Below are positions 54,262 through 56,998 of a stretch of 56,998 bases of DNA, piece by piece. The stretch is from positions 1 to 56,998 of IMG/VR virus record IMGVR_UViG_3300021959_000045. The stretch is one strand, 5' to 3'. A model generated the notes under the pieces. It had not been told where the DNA came from, ran no database searches, and saw only the letters and a list, made by a program, of their open reading frames with translations. A program made the translations under genes and the position numbers. How positions within the stretch are numbered: position 1 is the first letter of the stretch; every line of letters begins with the position of its first letter. This DNA comes from a virus (taxonomy: Duplodnaviria; Caudoviricetes).

Positions 54262-54670
54262 GTGTTAAATGTTTTGCGTGAATCTTGCAACCTATGAAAC
54301 TGTTATAGTATTTATCATTTAATAGAACATCATATTCGAATTGAAGTTTAGCTTCGTAATAAGAACAGTCGCCCTTTGTTCTACATAATTTTAAAATTAC
54401 TCTATTATATATGTCTTCTCCGTTCTTAACAACGTTTTCTTTTAAAAGGTCGTTAGACCCATAGTAGGAGCGCCAATCACTCTCTACGAGCGTTCTCTTG
54501 CGCCTCCTGCGGGTTTTAGTCACCGGCAGTATCTTAGACCTCCAAAAAAACTTTTTACCGATATACTTCATGCCAGTGGTTTTTTCTTCTATTTCATACA
54601 CAAAACCCACCAAAGAGTTGAGTTCCTCTTCGGTGGGTTCATAAGATTTGTTCTGAAAATACCAAGTCAT
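54248..54670 (-). CDS. GIY-YIG endonuclease (T4 endonuclease II-like)
   Basis: GFVYEI...KYIGKK, SDWRSYYGS, YYEAK.QF, YYN. Start moved to 54670. Confidence 0.8.
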   Translation of the reverse strand: MTWYFQNKSYEPTEEELNSLVGFVYEIEEKTTGMKYIGKKFFWRSKILPVTKTRRRRKRTLVESDWRSYYGSNDLLKENVVKNGEDIYNRVILKLCRTKGDCSYYEAKLQFEYDVLLNDKYYNSFIGCKIHAKHLTHDQI

Positions 54671-54681
54671 GGTATTATATA

Positions 54682-54822
54682 TCAGTCTGCTATAGTCCAC
54701 TCTTCATTAACATCTTCCCCGCACATAGGACAATTGCATGGAAGTTCGTCTTCACCGAAAACTTTCAATTCGCAGACACATTCGCAAGACGGACATTCTA
54801 GAGTATAGTTATACTCTTCCAT
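54682..54822 (-). CDS. Small zinc-ribbon protein, 46 aa (not in the ORF track)
   Basis: MEEYNYTLECPSCECVCELKVFGEDELPCNCPMCGEDVNEEWTIAD; TAATG-coupled to nrdJ. Confidence 0.78.
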   Translation of the reverse strand: MEEYNYTLECPSCECVCELKVFGEDELPCNCPMCGEDVNEEWTIAD

Positions 54823-56741
54823 TATGCGATCTCACAGAAACCAGCTGCGCAAGCTAGTTCTTGAGATCCTACCGTCATATCACTCATTTCATATTCTGAA
54901 AGTTCTAACCAATTAATATTTTTAGGCATACGAGATAACATGTCTTTATACTCTGGTTCAGAACAGTCCTGATATGGAGCCTGTTTGTAAGTGTGTTCAG
55001 AGAAAGGTAAGAATGACACGCCAGACATATAATCAAAATTAGCATAAACCCAAGCACCCACTTCCATCCACTCGTTTTCTTTCACAGAGATCGTCACAGA
55101 TGGTTTGTGCTCACACCAGTGTTTCTGATAGACCAACCACATTTCCAGTTGTTCGATAGCAGTCATATCGGTGCGGAACACGGCACTCTTGTCTACCTTG
55201 ACAGGAAACGAAAACACAGAAGTGTGTGAGGGATTCATCTGATCGTCTTCAACAGGGAATCCTTTGTCAATCATAAACATCGTCAATGGATCTTTTTTGT
55301 CGCCTCGTACAGTGCGAATGTAGAACGGATTGTGTCTAGCATGAATACCTGATGCGGCATCAACTAACTGTGATACCGTACCTGACGGTTTGACACAGGT
55401 GATAGCAACACTCTGATTGATACCGAGTTTCTTAGCCATCTCAGCATTGACCTTGACTGCTTCTGCTTTCAGTTCTTCTAACAGATCTGGCAGGTTGCCC
55501 AGTTTACCATTGGTGTATTTGTTGTCCATGATACCAGTCATAGACACACCAAGCAAACGTTCCTCTTCACAGTTCTTTTTCCAAGCTTTGGAGATATACT
55601 TGAAGTTCACTAGAGAGGATTGGAACGTTCCTAGAATAGTTGCGAGACGGACTTTCTCAAGTAGCGTCTCGCGGTTATCACTCGCACGAACCACAACCTC
55701 TGATAGGTTACAGAATTCACGAGAGCGAAGAATGATCTCAGAACAAGGGTTGGTGCCAAACTCGTGGTCACCCACCTCCCTTCGACCAGACTTGATTGCT
55801 GCCATATTAGCAGACTCACGATTGAAAATACCACGTTCCCCCGATTTGGAATCGTAAAGTGCTTTCCATTCGTCCATAAAAATACCAATATCAGGTTTCT
55901 CAGTGTATGCAGCAGAGTTATTTGCGAGTGCACGATGCCCATAATCGTTCCACCACTGCCCTGCCTTAGCGTGTCTCATACGGTCATCAGAGAGGTTTGA
56001 GAGGGATATGAGGGCGCTTCTACGTACACCCCCTACTACTACTATCTCCGCAATCTTACAAACAATATCATGACACTCTACGGAAGTAAGTCTTCTCCCT
56101 GCCGCAAGTTTAAATGTCTCAACACAAAAAGTAAACAAATTCTCCAAAGGTTCAGGTCCACTCGCACGACCACCAAAGGTCTTGAGAGGAGCCCCTGATG
56201 GACGAACTTTGCTCATATCCCACTGAGGAATTTGCCCTGCATACAACAGACCAACCAATTCCTTCATTGCCTTTGCCCAACCGAGTTTGCTGTCACCTAC
56301 CACAATCGTAGTGTCGGTATCATGAAACTCATCTGCTACACTTGGCAACTGTGAGATGTGCTGGCGTTCTACCGAGAACCCAACACCAGTACCGTTCATC
56401 AGCACATAGAGGATCTCATCAAACGATGAAGGTTTGTCAACTGCGATGTATGAACAGTTATAACCAGCAATGTTCTCGCGCTTGAGTGCCTCACCCGCAG
56501 TCATCAGACAACGCATAGATGGCATGACTTTCTGTGTCAGTACTGCTTCTTCTAGTTCATTGCGGAGTTTAGCGGGTAGTTTGTATTCACAAGTATCCCA
56601 GAGATGTTCGGTAAAGAAATCAAAGTAACGCCCGATTGTTTCTTCCCACGTTTCACGCCTCCCCTTTTCTGGTAACCACCTTGAGTAACGTGACAGGTGG
56701 ATAAATTCTTGATAACTGGTTGGCAAATAATTACTGGGCAT
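54822..56741 (-). CDS. nrdJ: Class II adenosylcobalamin-dependent ribonucleotide reductase, monomeric RTPR type
   Basis: PSMR, GYNCS, GGRASGP, VGGVRRSALI, GTNPCSEI, CNLSE, CVKPSGTVS, EHKPSVT, C-terminal ACAAGFCEI; no nrdB adjacent. Start at 56741. Confidence 0.9.
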   Translation of the reverse strand: MPSNYLPTSYQEFIHLSRYSRWLPEKGRRETWEETIGRYFDFFTEHLWDTCEYKLPAKLRNELEEAVLTQKVMPSMRCLMTAGEALKRENIAGYNCSYIAVDKPSSFDEILYVLMNGTGVGFSVERQHISQLPSVADEFHDTDTTIVVGDSKLGWAKAMKELVGLLYAGQIPQWDMSKVRPSGAPLKTFGGRASGPEPLENLFTFCVETFKLAAGRRLTSVECHDIVCKIAEIVVVGGVRRSALISLSNLSDDRMRHAKAGQWWNDYGHRALANNSAAYTEKPDIGIFMDEWKALYDSKSGERGIFNRESANMAAIKSGRREVGDHEFGTNPCSEIILRSREFCNLSEVVVRASDNRETLLEKVRLATILGTFQSSLVNFKYISKAWKKNCEEERLLGVSMTGIMDNKYTNGKLGNLPDLLEELKAEAVKVNAEMAKKLGINQSVAITCVKPSGTVSQLVDAASGIHARHNPFYIRTVRGDKKDPLTMFMIDKGFPVEDDQMNPSHTSVFSFPVKVDKSAVFRTDMTAIEQLEMWLVYQKHWCEHKPSVTISVKENEWMEVGAWVYANFDYMSGVSFLPFSEHTYKQAPYQDCSEPEYKDMLSRMPKNINWLELSEYEMSDMTVGSQELACAAGFCEIA

Positions 56742-56790
56742 ACGGGGAGACTCCATTGACTAATATGGTTTATTTTTTTATAGAGGAACT

Positions 56791-56819
56791 ATTATATATT
56801 ATTATTACAAATCAAGCAA
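56791..56819 (-). promoter_or_regulatory. Sigma70-type promoter for nrdJ
   Basis: TTGCTT, 17 bp, TATAAT. Confidence 0.65.
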
Positions 56820-56827
56820 GAGATGTT

Positions 56828-56998
56828 TTAGTTATTTTCTTGCCATTCTTTTGCCGTAGTCCCTTCGGACTCGGTGGTTGCTTCACGGTAGTAGATGATC
56901 AACTCTTTCTGTTGTCTCACATACCGTCGAACCTCTTGGAAGTTCTCTGCCATCTTCTCGTATCCATCAGGAGTGAGTGCGAACACGACGAACTGTCC
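56828..56998 (-). CDS. 3' end of a putative outer-membrane spanin (Rz1-like), partial
   Basis: GQFVVFALTPDGYEKMAENFQEVRRYVRQQKELIIYYREATTESEGTTAKEWQENN*. Confidence 0.55.
   Translation of the reverse strand, partial: GQFVVFALTPDGYEKMAENFQEVRRYVRQQKELIIYYREATTESEGTTAKEWQENN

Noticed and set aside
54248-54670. Mobile homing endonuclease next to nrdJ
   Set aside because: Short catalytic domain only, no DNA-binding tail and no intron; fits an endonuclease II-like gene.
1-56998. tRNA, rRNA, integrase or transposase genes
   Set aside because: No cloverleaf with a T-loop motif or recombinase/transposase motifs noticed by eye; the 16S-like 18-mer at 52897-52914 is too short to be an rRNA fragment.

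Overview
A 57-kb stretch of a large T4-like myovirus genome, most similar in layout to marine non-cyanobacterial T4-like phages. A proteobacterial host is inferred from sigma70-type promoters, Shine-Dalgarno sites, IHF-consensus boxes and an RpoD-like domain. The left half (1-31.5 kb) is the tail/baseplate module. It starts with a >2070-aa repeat-built fibre gene that is missing from the ORF track and runs off the left edge. It continues with a VrlC/DUF4815-like protein, gp8, gp9-like, gp7-like, gp6, gp25, a gp5 locus split into several genes with an inserted amidase, a gp27-like hub, gp53 and gp48. Divergently transcribed are gp4, gp2, gp54-like, gp26, gp51 and a gp29-like tape measure. The right half holds gp32, gp33, a UDP-glucose dehydrogenase-like gene, thyX, small early genes including a stand-alone sigma70 region-4 protein, an exonuclease, a 10-kb AT-rich island of 14 mostly glycan-related genes, lysozyme, phoH, a P-loop kinase, a GIY-YIG nuclease, class II RNR (nrdJ) and the end of a spanin-like gene. 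The most interesting hypothesis is a phage-encoded virion O-glycosylation system: a Maf/GT42-like transferase plus many GTs and methyltransferases, with recurrent D-S-x (mostly DSA) motifs in outer virion proteins. Other leads are a sigma70 domain-4 mimic with an altered recognition helix, a tail-chaperone-type -1 frameshift at gp26/gp51, two candidate structured RNAs, a circularly permuted 71-bp duplication and a long 16S-3'-end complement over a stop codon. All product calls come from motif recognition by eye; no searches were run.
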